From contig DAISZK010000003.1 of assembly GCA_036824855.1 (NCBI GenBank), positions 5,933 through 69,932 on the forward strand: 64,000 nt of DNA, in the 5' to 3' direction. The position numbers were made by a program, and so were the translations under genes. This document shows, one piece after another, positions 48,345 through 57,100 of the stretch. The first letter of the stretch is position 1, and the number at the start of each line of letters is the position of its first letter. The notes under the pieces were generated by a model that had not been told where the DNA came from, made no database searches, and saw nothing but the letters and a program-made list of their open reading frames with translations. The stretch is from Chthoniobacterales bacterium (GTDB lineage: Bacteria > Verrucomicrobiota > Verrucomicrobiia > Chthoniobacterales > UBA6821).

Positions 48345-48542
48345 TCAGCTCAGGACAAAGCGCACTTTGGCCTTGGCGCGTTTCGCGTTGGCCTTGGCCT
48401 TGCGCTTGGAGCGCTGGGTCGGAGTCTCGAAGGCGCGAAGACGGCGCACTTCCTCGAGGACACCCTCGGTGTCGAGTTTGGTCTTGAGGCGCTTGAGCGC
48501 GCGATCGATGGGTTCGCCCTTACGGACAATAACTTCCGGCAT
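48345..48542 (-). CDS. rpsU: 30S ribosomal protein S21
   Basis: The start is trimmed to MPEVIVRKGEPIDRALKRLKTKLDTEGVLEEVRRLRAFETPTQRSKRK (65 aa). Confidence 0.88.
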   Translation of the reverse strand: MPEVIVRKGEPIDRALKRLKTKLDTEGVLEEVRRLRAFETPTQRSKRKAKANAKRAKAKVRFVLS

Positions 48543-48721
48543 AATTAATTCACCTGCTTTCTTTTGTGGGTTTGAGAGAGTCGTCAGGAAAACCCGGCGG
48601 GTCAAGAACGGAATCAATCATTCCACGCAGAGCAGCAAAGGGAGTATCAGGAACTCAGGCCCCCCCTCATGCTATACCCCTTCATCCCCATGAGGTTTTA
48701 GTTCGAGAGACAAAGCGAGGG

Positions 48722-51193
48722 TCACTGCACGGTCACACTCTTGGACACCTCAGTAGCTGTATTGTAATTTGCATCGCCTGCCTGCGACGCCTTGAGCGAG
48801 GTAACTCCCTTCGTCTTTACCGTAGCTGTCGATCCAGAGATCGAGATGACGTTGGTAGCACTGCTTGTATAAGTCAGCGGTAGCCCCGAGGTGGAGCTAC
48901 CGGAAAGGGTGAAGCTTTTGGTAATTGCGATGGCAACCGGCGAAGTCGGGTTGAAGGTGATGGTCTGACCAGCCTTGTTTACCGTCACCGTTTTGGCAAC
49001 GGGTGTTGAGGCAAGGTAATTGCTGTTGCCGGCTTGGGTTGCCGTGATAACCGATGAGCCAGCTCTCTTGATCGTTGCAGTGCTTCCGGAGATCGTGATC
49101 ACATTCGTATTGCCGCTGGTGAAGGTGACGGTGCCTCCAGGTGCCGTGGCAGCAAGGGCGAATGTTGCTCCATTTGAATAAGTGCGGTTTGATGGCTGAA
49201 CGAAGGTAATCGGATTGGAAACTTGGCCGTAGAGTGGTGTTAGCTTGCGGATTGCACTATTGAGATAATCTGCTACGTAGACATCCCCGACTCCATCTAC
49301 TGCGATACCTAGAGGCACACTGAATTTAGCATTCGTGCCTATTCCATCAGCAAAACCCTGCGTCCCATTTCCAGCAATGGTGCCAACCATTCCATTGCTA
49401 CTTATTTTTCGTATCGCGCTATTCGAATTATCCGAAACATAAATATTATATTCTCCATCTATTGCAACTCCACTCGGCCAATCGAACGTCGCGTTCGTAC
49501 CTTTTCCATTAAGAAAACCTTGAGATCCATTACCAGCCAACGTCGTAACCATACCATCACTGCCTATCTTACGAATCGCGTTGTTCCCCTTATCTGCCAC
49601 ATACACACAACCTGATGAATCCACCGCTACACTAAATGGATAATTGAACGTCGCGTTAGTACCCCTTCCATTAAGAAAACCTTGCGATCCATTACCAGCC
49701 AACGTTGTCATTACACCATTAGAACTAATTTTACGAATTGCATTGTTTCCAGAGTCTGCAACATAAACATTATGGAAACCATCTATAGCTACACTTTTAG
49801 GCATACTTAAAAATGCATTAGTTCCTATGCTATTCACAAAACCTGATGTTCCGTTTCCTGCAAAGGTCGTTACCACGCCATTGCTTGTGATTTTTCGAAT
49901 TGCGTTATTTTCTGTGTCAGCAACAAAGACGTTTCCAAATCCATCTATTGCAACATCATTTGGATGATTGAATGTAGCGTGCGTGCCCGTTCCGTCGGCA
50001 AGGCCAATATTTCCATTCCCAGCAAGAGTACTCACTACCCCATTGCTGCCAATCTTTCTGACCGCATTATTCCAAGTGTCAGCCACATAAGTATTTCCCA
50101 ATTGATCCACCTGAATGCCTGAGGGACTGTCAAAGCCAGGGAGTAGTATCGCCCCTGCCAAAGTAGTCACCACGCTATTTGTGCTTACCTTACGAATAGC
50201 ATTATTATTACAATCAGCTACATAGACATTTCCAACTTTATCCAAAGTTAACCCTACAGGATTATTAAAAGTTGAATTCGTGCCAATTCCATTGAAAAAC
50301 CCCTGCATGCCATTACCTGCGATCGTAGTAACGATGCCACTTGCACTAATCTTACGGATCGTATTGTTCCCGGAATCGGCAACATAAATATAGCCACTTC
50401 CGTCGACGGCGACTGATTCGGGACTAGCGAACAAATCACTGGCTAATGTTGTAACTACTCCATTGCTGCCAATTTTCCGGATCGCATTGTTTGCCATTTC
50501 CGACACATAAACATTACCTGATCCATCTACTGCAACTCCAGTAGGCCAACCAAATGAGGCGTGTATTGCAATCCCATTGATTAAACCTTGGGTTCCGTTG
50601 CCAGCTAATGTTGTCACTACTCCAGTACTACTGATTTTTCGGATCACATTGTTACCTGAATCGGCCACGTAGAGATTTCCTAATCCATCTACGGCAACCC
50701 CTTGAGGCCCTGCAAAAGAAGCATTTGTACCTGTTCCATTTGAAAACCCCCAGGTTCCTCCTGCCAAGGTGGTTACAGCACCATTGCTAGTGATCTTGCG
50801 AATCGCATTGTTTCCAGAGTCAGCGACATAAACATTTCCTAATCCATCTACAGCAACCCCTTGAGGGCCTGCAAAAGAAGCATTTGTACCTGTTCTATTT
50901 AAAAACCCCCAGGTTCCTCCTGCCAAGGTGGTTACAGCACCATTGCTAGTGATCTTGCGAATCGCATTGTTTCCAGAGTCCGCGACATAAACATTTCCTA
51001 ATCCATCTACGGCGACATTAACTGGAGAAAAAAATCGAGCATTCGTTCCTGTTCCATCCACCCGATTTGATGGGGCGACCAATGTGGTCACAGCGTAGTT
51101 GGTGGGAATAGCAGCATCAAGCGAGCAAGAGGCCCAAAAAGCTGAGCTCAGGAGGATCAGCAATACTGAAAAGTTAGATTGTTTGGTTTTCAT
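48722..51193 (-). CDS. Secreted NHL-repeat protein with C-terminal Ig-like domains
   Basis: 823-aa ORF with signal peptide MKTKQSNFSVLLILLSSAFWASC. It has roughly 13-14 repeats of the form P.GVAVDG.GNVYVADSGNNAIRKI..NG.VTTLAG.G. The C-terminus holds two Ig-like modules (TVTFTSGNTNVITISGSTATIKRAGSSVITATQAGNSNY and LTYTSSATNVISISGSTATVKTKGVTSLKASQAGDANY). Confidence 0.8.
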   Translation of the reverse strand: MKTKQSNFSVLLILLSSAFWASCSLDAAIPTNYAVTTLVAPSNRVDGTGTNARFFSPVNVAVDGLGNVYVADSGNNAIRKITSNGAVTTLAGGTWGFLNRTGTNASFAGPQGVAVDGLGNVYVADSGNNAIRKITSNGAVTTLAGGTWGFSNGTGTNASFAGPQGVAVDGLGNLYVADSGNNVIRKISSTGVVTTLAGNGTQGLINGIAIHASFGWPTGVAVDGSGNVYVSEMANNAIRKIGSNGVVTTLASDLFASPESVAVDGSGYIYVADSGNNTIRKISASGIVTTIAGNGMQGFFNGIGTNSTFNNPVGLTLDKVGNVYVADCNNNAIRKVSTNSVVTTLAGAILLPGFDSPSGIQVDQLGNTYVADTWNNAVRKIGSNGVVSTLAGNGNIGLADGTGTHATFNHPNDVAIDGFGNVFVADTENNAIRKITSNGVVTTFAGNGTSGFVNSIGTNAFLSMPKSVAIDGFHNVYVADSGNNAIRKISSNGVMTTLAGNGSQGFLNGRGTNATFNYPFSVAVDSSGCVYVADKGNNAIRKIGSDGMVTTLAGNGSQGFLNGKGTNATFDWPSGVAIDGEYNIYVSDNSNSAIRKISSNGMVGTIAGNGTQGFADGIGTNAKFSVPLGIAVDGVGDVYVADYLNSAIRKLTPLYGQVSNPITFVQPSNRTYSNGATFALAATAPGGTVTFTSGNTNVITISGSTATIKRAGSSVITATQAGNSNYLASTPVAKTVTVNKAGQTITFNPTSPVAIAITKSFTLSGSSTSGLPLTYTSSATNVISISGSTATVKTKGVTSLKASQAGDANYNTATEVSKSVTVQ
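50699..51016 (-). repeat. Near-perfect in-frame tandem duplication (2 x 159 bp = 2 x 53 aa) inside the NHL gene
   Basis: Residues 60-112 and 113-165 differ only at LNR versus SNG. The DNA copies are almost identical by eye. Confidence 0.85.
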
Positions 51194-51322
51194 GCGGCGT
51201 GGGGATAGTTGGAGAGCAAACTAACCATGCGGGGAACCATGTAAATTACAACCCTTAAAAACCCCTAAGGGTTGGATTGTTAGCCTCCGATCTGCTCTAT
51301 CCACTTTCATCTCTTTGAGCTT

Positions 51323-52159
51323 TTAGTGCTTCGGGAAAAAGGGGTTGTGCTCTCGCTCCAGAGCCACGGTCGTCAGGGGGCCGTGGCCGGGACAGAGAAT
51401 CGTCTCGGGCGGCAGGGAGAAGATCTCCTCCCTATTGGTTCGCAGGCAGTCGGCGTAGGAGACCATGGGTCCTCCCATGGATCCGGCGAAGAGGGCATCT
51501 CCCACCACGGCGACAGGGCCTTTAAGTCCACGGAGGACGTAGGTGATCCCGCCGGCAGCATGTCCCTTCGTCAGCCGTGTCGAGATGAGGAGGTTACCAA
51601 CGTGGAACTCCTTCCCCGGGGTGAAGGTCGCGATGCCAGAGACTCCCTCCCCCTCACCGATCCATGCCTCCGCTCCGGTCTTTTCAAGGATCCGATCCAG
51701 ATCGAAGAGATGATCGCCATGGCCGTGTGTCAGCAGGAGAAGCCTCAGTTTCAGCTGTTGGGTTTGCAGAAAATCGAGCATCCCAGAGGCATCGGCCCCT
51801 GTGTCAAAGGCAACAGCCTCCCGTGTCGCGTTATCCCAAGCCAGGTAGGAATGGACCTGCATGTCACTCCAATCAGAAGTGAACATGACCATTCCCTCCG
51901 GAAGATCCAGAGGTCCGGGATGGTATTTCCCCTCGGCCATCTCGAGAAGGCGTTTCGCGTCGAGACCGAGGGCTCCGGCTGCTCTCTGTAAATGAGCAGG
52001 AATCAGCACCCCCCCGAGGAGTGATAGGACTTCTTCGCGGGTGAGGCCGGAGCGCTCCGCTAGATCACCTTCCGAGAGTTCCTGACCACGTCTGGCTTTA
52101 TGCAGGACATCAACCCAAGTATCCTCAAGGGGAATCGCGGCATTGGCTGTAGAGGACAT
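51323..52159 (-). CDS. Metallo-beta-lactamase-fold hydrolase (glyoxalase II-like) with N-terminal HTH-like segment
   Basis: 278-aa ORF with the motif LLLTHGHGDHLFD (HxHxDH) and later His/Asp ligands (GHAAGG, CPGHGP). The N-terminus ELSEGDLAERSGLTREEVLSLLGG looks like an XRE-type HTH. It starts 3 nt after the upstream ABC gene's stop. Confidence 0.72.
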   Translation of the reverse strand: MSSTANAAIPLEDTWVDVLHKARRGQELSEGDLAERSGLTREEVLSLLGGVLIPAHLQRAAGALGLDAKRLLEMAEGKYHPGPLDLPEGMVMFTSDWSDMQVHSYLAWDNATREAVAFDTGADASGMLDFLQTQQLKLRLLLLTHGHGDHLFDLDRILEKTGAEAWIGEGEGVSGIATFTPGKEFHVGNLLISTRLTKGHAAGGITYVLRGLKGPVAVVGDALFAGSMGGPMVSYADCLRTNREEIFSLPPETILCPGHGPLTTVALEREHNPFFPKH

Positions 52160-52162
52160 TTT

Positions 52163-55100
52163 TTAGGTGCGGGTATCGCGGATTTGTCGTCTGAGAATGA
52201 AGAAAAGGATCACAAAGATCGCCCAGCTTGTAAGGATCATGACGGCGGAGTTAAACCAGAGCAGGGGTATGGAGAGGCCGAAGTATTGCTTCACCGGCCC
52301 GAAGAAGACATTCGGATGGTGGTTGTCGCGGTAGTCTGCCTGCTCCATCTCAGCCTTAGAGACCAGATCAAGAACCTTCTGGTTGGTGTAAAGCTGCTCG
52401 GCGGTGACGCCACTCTGATTACCAACGATTTCATCGCGCTTCAATGGAGCCCCGGCAATCACCCTGTCGATGTGGGTCATTCTCTTGTCGAGATCGGAGG
52501 GATCTTTCGCCTCCAGTCCACTCAGGATGGCCAGGAGATCCTTGAGATCATCGAGCCGATCTTCCTGGGCGTCGGTCGGTTTCTTGATTGCCGCGAGTTG
52601 ATAGATCTGACGCTGGATCCGTGCCTGCCGGAGAGCCAACGGATTCAGTTTTGCCTGGGCAAAGACAATCCCCTCGTACGACCAGCGCATCGGCATGAAT
52701 TCACAGATCAGCGGCACCTGCAGGTCGCTTCTCGGTTCCATGGCTGTTTCAGGATGGCGATTGAACCACTCATGGATCGCATGGATGAAATCGAGATTGC
52801 GGTTCATCTCCTCGTACTTGATCAGGGCGCCCCCAAGGATGATCTGGGGGATCAGGACGACGGGGATGATGTTCACGGCGGTCTTTCCCTCTCGGGCTAA
52901 CGAGGAGATCATTAGACCGATGGCGATACCGCTGAATGCAGTCAGGAACATCGCCGTGAATTCCACCCAGTAGAGTCCCCGGATAGAGACCATCCAGTCT
53001 CCGATCAGTGTGAAAAGGGCACACTGACCTACGGCGAAGAGACCAAGCGTGATCGCTTTTGCCAGCAGGTAGTAGCCGATACGGACATTCAGATTCCGTT
53101 CGCGAAGAAGGACAGGACGATCGCGGATGATATCGTCGACACTGTTTGTGAGGCCCAGAAACATCGCCACCACGAGCGAGAGAAAGAGGTAGGTGGGAAT
53201 GTGGAAGGCCGAGGCGAAGTCATAGTGCTTGCTCTCCGAGTACCGGAGGACGGCTCCGATTAAGAAAGCGAGCATCGGTGCCTCCACCAGCGTGGTGAGG
53301 AGATTCGCGCGGTTGCGCATCTTGCTGATGAATGAGCGCTGGAGCAGCACCAGGAACTGCCCCAGTTCATCCCGCCACCTTAATCCCTCCCATCCTGTGA
53401 GGCGCTGGGTGAGGCTGCTCTTTGACTCGGGGCCAGCCGGGACGGGTGTTCGCGAGGATGCAGGTTGCTGGACCTCCTTCATCAGGCGGTAGGCCTCGAA
53501 CTTGTCCCGCCAATACTCTGGGGAGAAACGCCGCGCCGGGACGAGTTGTCCCCGATTATTCTCCTCGTAGATGAGATCTCCACCCAGATCGCGCAGTGGC
53601 GTCTCCAGCACATCGAAAACGAACTCTGGTCGGGTCGTGCCGCAGGCCTGGCATCCGCCGAGTTCCGTTCCGAAGAGTTGCTCATGCTCCGCCTCTGCGA
53701 AGTAGGAGAGCATCTCCGTGGGGGTGCCGAAGAAGACGAGCTTGCCCCCTTTGTCCAGAAGGAGTGCCTTCTGGAACATCTGGAAGATCTTCGAAGTCGG
53801 CTGGTGGATCGTGACCAGAACGATCTTGTTGTGGGCCATGCCGCGGATGATTTCGATGACATGCTCGGAATCCTTCGATGAGAGACCGCTGGTCGGCTCG
53901 TCGAAAAGATAGACATCGGCCGTGCTGACCATATCGAGACCGATATTGAGTCGTTTGCGTTCGCCTCCGCTAAGGACCTTCTTGCTGGTTCCTCCCACGA
54001 CCTCCTTGCGACGTTCGTTCAGGCCAAGTTCTGCCAGTTTGCTATCGATGCGGCGCTGACGTTCGCGTCGTGAGAGATGAGGAGCACGGATGGCCGCGGC
54101 GAAGCGGAGGTTCTCCTCGATTGTCAGCTGCTCGTCGAAAGCGTCGTACTGCGGGATATAGGTGATGTACTGCAGGAGCGCATCGAGATTCCGGTAGAGG
54201 GAGCGCTGGTTGAGCTGCACTTCCCCGGCCACGGGCGGGAACTGGCCAGCCAGGGCTCGGAGGAGTGTGCTCTTGCCGCAACCACTCGCTCCCATGACAC
54301 AGACCATCTCGCCGCGATCAATCGAGAAATTGAGGTTGTCGAGGGCCGTATCGGCGCTGCGGAAACGGCAGACAAGATCGCGCACATCCAAGGTGCGGAT
54401 GATGTTCCGCTCCTCTTCGATGATGCGATCGGTGAAGTTGCAGCGGAGCACCTGTCCCGCATCGATCCGGATCGTATCACCATCGACGAGATCCATCGCT
54501 CCACGCACCGGAAGACCACGCACCACGATCGGCCTGTCTGCCTGAAGCACCTCCACGCGTCCTGTTTTCTCCTGATAATCACAGGTGATCCGCAGAGTCA
54601 CCTCACCGCCGATTCCGGGTGAGATCAGGATGTCGTCATCATCCAGGCGGCTCGGATTATTCGAGGCGATATACTCGGTCTTGGAACCCTTCAGCTCGAA
54701 GCGTCCTCCAAAAGCCCCGACTCGACGCTTGAGATCCTCCAGATCGAGTTCTCCACCGTCGCGGAAGAAGATCTTGTCCGAGAGTTGGGCCACGATGGAG
54801 GCTCCCTTGCGGAGCGGCGTGCCGCGTAGGGTTGCCCGGAGATCCTGAAGGGCCGTCACGGTCACCTTCAGTCCGAAAGCGATCTCCAGATCGCTGTCGC
54901 GGCTACGGGATTTCTCAAGGCGGACCTCCTCGTTGTTGATTGCCACGAAAATATGGGGAAGCGTCACGTTGCGCTTCGCATTGAAGTAAAAGATCAGATC
55001 CTGACTGGTGATCACCTGCTCACCCACCAGAACCCGCTGTCCCGGATAGATGCGGCAGAACTCACTCGGTTTCAAGAGGCGCCCCTGAACGATCAGGCTC

Positions 55101-55834
55101 TTGCCGGAGAGGTTCTTGAGGATGATCAGGTCGTTATGGCAGTAAGCCAGGAGTCGTTCCTCACCTGTGAAGCCCCTCAGTTCCACATCGCAGGTTGTCG
55201 GGTCCCCGAAAGAGAGCGCCTCGAGCGGCGAGGTGCCGTCATGGAAAAACTCCGCCTGGGCCTGCTCGTTGGCGTTGAGTTGGTAGACGATATCGATGGC
55301 CTGCGCGGCCATACCGAGGCATCCCATGAAGTCGTGGTAGGCGGCCACCTGCTCGGCCTTCATTCCCGAACGGGTGATCAGATCGTAGAGTTGAACTCCG
55401 AGGAGGATTTTCCGGTCATCGCTCAGTTCCGTAGAGAGCTTTGTCGCCATGGCTCCCAGATCCTGCTGCTGCTCCAGTGCCTGGCGGAAGAGCTTGCGCA
55501 GTTCGGAATAGACAGCCTCCGGATAGTCATAGCGGAGGAAGCCGAGGCTTGAGTCGATTTCCTCCTCCAGCATCTCCCCGTCGACGCGGGTGAATGCCGC
55601 AAGAACCTGAATCAGCGTGGGGAGCAGGTTGGCGCTCTCCGCGATGGTTTGGGGGCGTCGTCTCAGGCGACGCCATCGCTTCGCCACCGAGCGCTGAAGA
55701 CGCGAAGCTCCTCTCAGGATGCTATCAATCACTAGCACTCCACGGCGCGGCGCCGTGGCAGCATCATGGCTATCAGGGTACGGATCCGATCCGGCCTTCT
55801 CTGCTTCACCCGATGTCTGTGGATTGAGATCCAT
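52163..55834 (-). CDS. Multidomain ABC transporter: TerB-like + FHA-like modules + ABCG-type ATPase + ABC-2 membrane domain
   Basis: 1223-aa ORF. Walker A GASGCGKST is encoded near 54270-54294. Other ATPase motifs are signature LSGGERKRLNIG, Walker B VYLFDEPTSGLS and H-loop VTIHQP. Multiple TMs lie after about aa 830. The N-terminal modules are described in the findings section. Confidence 0.8.
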   Translation of the reverse strand: MDLNPQTSGEAEKAGSDPYPDSHDAATAPRRGVLVIDSILRGASRLQRSVAKRWRRLRRRPQTIAESANLLPTLIQVLAAFTRVDGEMLEEEIDSSLGFLRYDYPEAVYSELRKLFRQALEQQQDLGAMATKLSTELSDDRKILLGVQLYDLITRSGMKAEQVAAYHDFMGCLGMAAQAIDIVYQLNANEQAQAEFFHDGTSPLEALSFGDPTTCDVELRGFTGEERLLAYCHNDLIILKNLSGKSLIVQGRLLKPSEFCRIYPGQRVLVGEQVITSQDLIFYFNAKRNVTLPHIFVAINNEEVRLEKSRSRDSDLEIAFGLKVTVTALQDLRATLRGTPLRKGASIVAQLSDKIFFRDGGELDLEDLKRRVGAFGGRFELKGSKTEYIASNNPSRLDDDDILISPGIGGEVTLRITCDYQEKTGRVEVLQADRPIVVRGLPVRGAMDLVDGDTIRIDAGQVLRCNFTDRIIEEERNIIRTLDVRDLVCRFRSADTALDNLNFSIDRGEMVCVMGASGCGKSTLLRALAGQFPPVAGEVQLNQRSLYRNLDALLQYITYIPQYDAFDEQLTIEENLRFAAAIRAPHLSRRERQRRIDSKLAELGLNERRKEVVGGTSKKVLSGGERKRLNIGLDMVSTADVYLFDEPTSGLSSKDSEHVIEIIRGMAHNKIVLVTIHQPTSKIFQMFQKALLLDKGGKLVFFGTPTEMLSYFAEAEHEQLFGTELGGCQACGTTRPEFVFDVLETPLRDLGGDLIYEENNRGQLVPARRFSPEYWRDKFEAYRLMKEVQQPASSRTPVPAGPESKSSLTQRLTGWEGLRWRDELGQFLVLLQRSFISKMRNRANLLTTLVEAPMLAFLIGAVLRYSESKHYDFASAFHIPTYLFLSLVVAMFLGLTNSVDDIIRDRPVLLRERNLNVRIGYYLLAKAITLGLFAVGQCALFTLIGDWMVSIRGLYWVEFTAMFLTAFSGIAIGLMISSLAREGKTAVNIIPVVLIPQIILGGALIKYEEMNRNLDFIHAIHEWFNRHPETAMEPRSDLQVPLICEFMPMRWSYEGIVFAQAKLNPLALRQARIQRQIYQLAAIKKPTDAQEDRLDDLKDLLAILSGLEAKDPSDLDKRMTHIDRVIAGAPLKRDEIVGNQSGVTAEQLYTNQKVLDLVSKAEMEQADYRDNHHPNVFFGPVKQYFGLSIPLLWFNSAVMILTSWAIFVILFFILRRQIRDTRT

Positions 55835-55897
55835 CAGGCCGAAGCCTAATCAGCCCCGGCACAAAGATGGAGTCAATTGTTGAGAACTAAACGGGCG

Positions 55898-56575
55898 CTA
55901 CGCCGCTTGGGAGCCTGTTCTCACCCTGCGAAGCAATCCAAAGAGAGGTACGGCAACCAAAGCCCCCAGTACCGGAGCGGTGAAATAGATCCAGAGATGC
56001 TCCAGCTGCCCGGAGACGAGGGCGGGGGCGAGTGAACGGAAAGGATTCATCGAGGCACCGCAGATCGGACCGGCAAAGAGGGCCTCAAGTCCGATGGTGG
56101 CTCCTATGGCAATGCCAGCCGTGATTCCCTTTTCCTTGGCCCCGTGGGAGACATTCAGGATCACGATCATCAGGATCAGGGTCAGCAAAAATTCCAGAAT
56201 GAAGGATTGAAGGCCGCTGCCAGTTGGCAAGGTCGCGCCCAGTTGGAGATTTCGTGGAAAGAGCAGATGAAGGGTCTCGCTGGCAGCCAGTGCGCCTGTC
56301 AATTGGGCAACGAGGTAACCGGGCAATTCGCGAAGCGGAAACCTTCCGGCGACAGTAAATCCGATGCTGACCGCCGGATTCATATGGGCTCCCGAGAGAT
56401 CCCCGAATGTGTAGATCAGAACCATGACGATGAGTCCCCAGGTGAGAGCCACACCCAGATGGGTGACCGATCCGCCGGAGACCTGATCGACCACGACCGC
56501 ACCTGTCCCGGCAAAGATCATCGTGTAGGTTCCGAGGAACTCGGCCAGCATTTTACGTGGGAGCGTGGCGTTCAT
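55898..56575 (-). CDS. MIP-family channel (aquaporin / aquaglyceroporin-like; candidate arsenite channel)
   Basis: 225-aa ORF with six TMs. The first NPA box is HMNPAVSIGF. The second box reads SMNPFRSLAP, i.e. NPF instead of NPA. It is the last gene of an ars-type operon. Confidence 0.82.
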   Translation of the reverse strand: MNATLPRKMLAEFLGTYTMIFAGTGAVVVDQVSGGSVTHLGVALTWGLIVMVLIYTFGDLSGAHMNPAVSIGFTVAGRFPLRELPGYLVAQLTGALAASETLHLLFPRNLQLGATLPTGSGLQSFILEFLLTLILMIVILNVSHGAKEKGITAGIAIGATIGLEALFAGPICGASMNPFRSLAPALVSGQLEHLWIYFTAPVLGALVAVPLFGLLRRVRTGSQAA

Positions 56576-56589
56576 CGTGTAAAAAATTC

Positions 56590-57024
56590 TTAGAGAGACT
56601 TCCCGCGCTTGAGTCCGGCGGCGTAGGCCTCGAACACGAGCTTGATCTGATCACGGACACGACGAAACTCGTTATGAACCTCCTCCTCGGTTCCCGTGGC
56701 GTGTGCAGGATCGTCAAAGCCCCAGTGAAAGCGGTTCACCTGACCGGGGAACATCGGGCAAGCCTGGTCGGCATTCCCGCAGACCGTGATGACTGTGTCG
56801 ACATTCCAGTTCAGAAACTCCTTGAGGTGCTTGGAGGTGTGTCCGGAGATATCGATACCGATCTCCTTCATCACTTCGATCGACTTCGGGTGGACATAGC
56901 CAGCAGGCTTGGAACCGGCACTGGCGACATCAATGAGATCACCTGCAGCAGATCGAAGGATGCCTTCGGCAAGGTGACTGCGGCAGGAATTGCCAGTGCA
57001 GAGGATGAGAACGAGAGGTTTCAT
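56590..57024 (-). CDS. arsC: Arsenate reductase, LMW-PTPase family (thioredoxin-coupled type)
   Basis: 144-aa ORF with P-loop [14 protein letters not shown] (CX5R). A downstream Cys pair in [13 protein letters not shown] matches the Cys82/Cys89 relay of the Staphylococcus/Bacillus type. Confidence 0.88.
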   Translation of the reverse strand: MKPLVLILCTGNSCRSHLAEGILRSAAGDLIDVASAGSKPAGYVHPKSIEVMKEIGIDISGHTSKHLKEFLNWNVDTVITVCGNADQACPMFPGQVNRFHWGFDDPAHATGTEEEVHNEFRRVRDQIKLVFEAYAAGLKRGKSL

Positions 57025-57100
57025 GGAAAGAAGAGATGAAGTGACATGTTAGAACGTGAAAAAGTTGAAAAATGGAAAAGGCTTCATGGTTGGGAAGGCT

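Noticed and set aside
48665-48699. Hairpin CCTCATG…CATGAGG followed by TTTT on the plus strand, between the NHL gene and rpsU.
   Set aside because: Both neighbouring genes are on the minus strand, where the hairpin has no U-tail. The stem is only 7 bp with a 17-nt loop, so the support is insufficient.
48722-51193. Regularly spaced repeats that could superficially suggest a CRISPR-like or satellite array.
   Set aside because: The periodicity is the in-frame ~53-aa NHL repeat of a single long ORF. There are no unique spacers, no cas genes and no non-coding repeats.
51249-51274. 9-bp hairpin CAACCCTTA…TAAGGGTTG between the MBL gene stop and the NHL gene start.
   Set aside because: It could terminate the MBL transcript, but on the minus strand it is followed only by TAATTTAC, which is a weak U-tract. 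I left it uncalled.
52100-55552. Several plus-strand ORFs of 180-266 aa (52100..52900, 54077..54622, 54953..55552) inside the 1223-aa ABC gene.
   Set aside because: All are antisense to a continuous, motif-rich ORF and none has a motif of its own.
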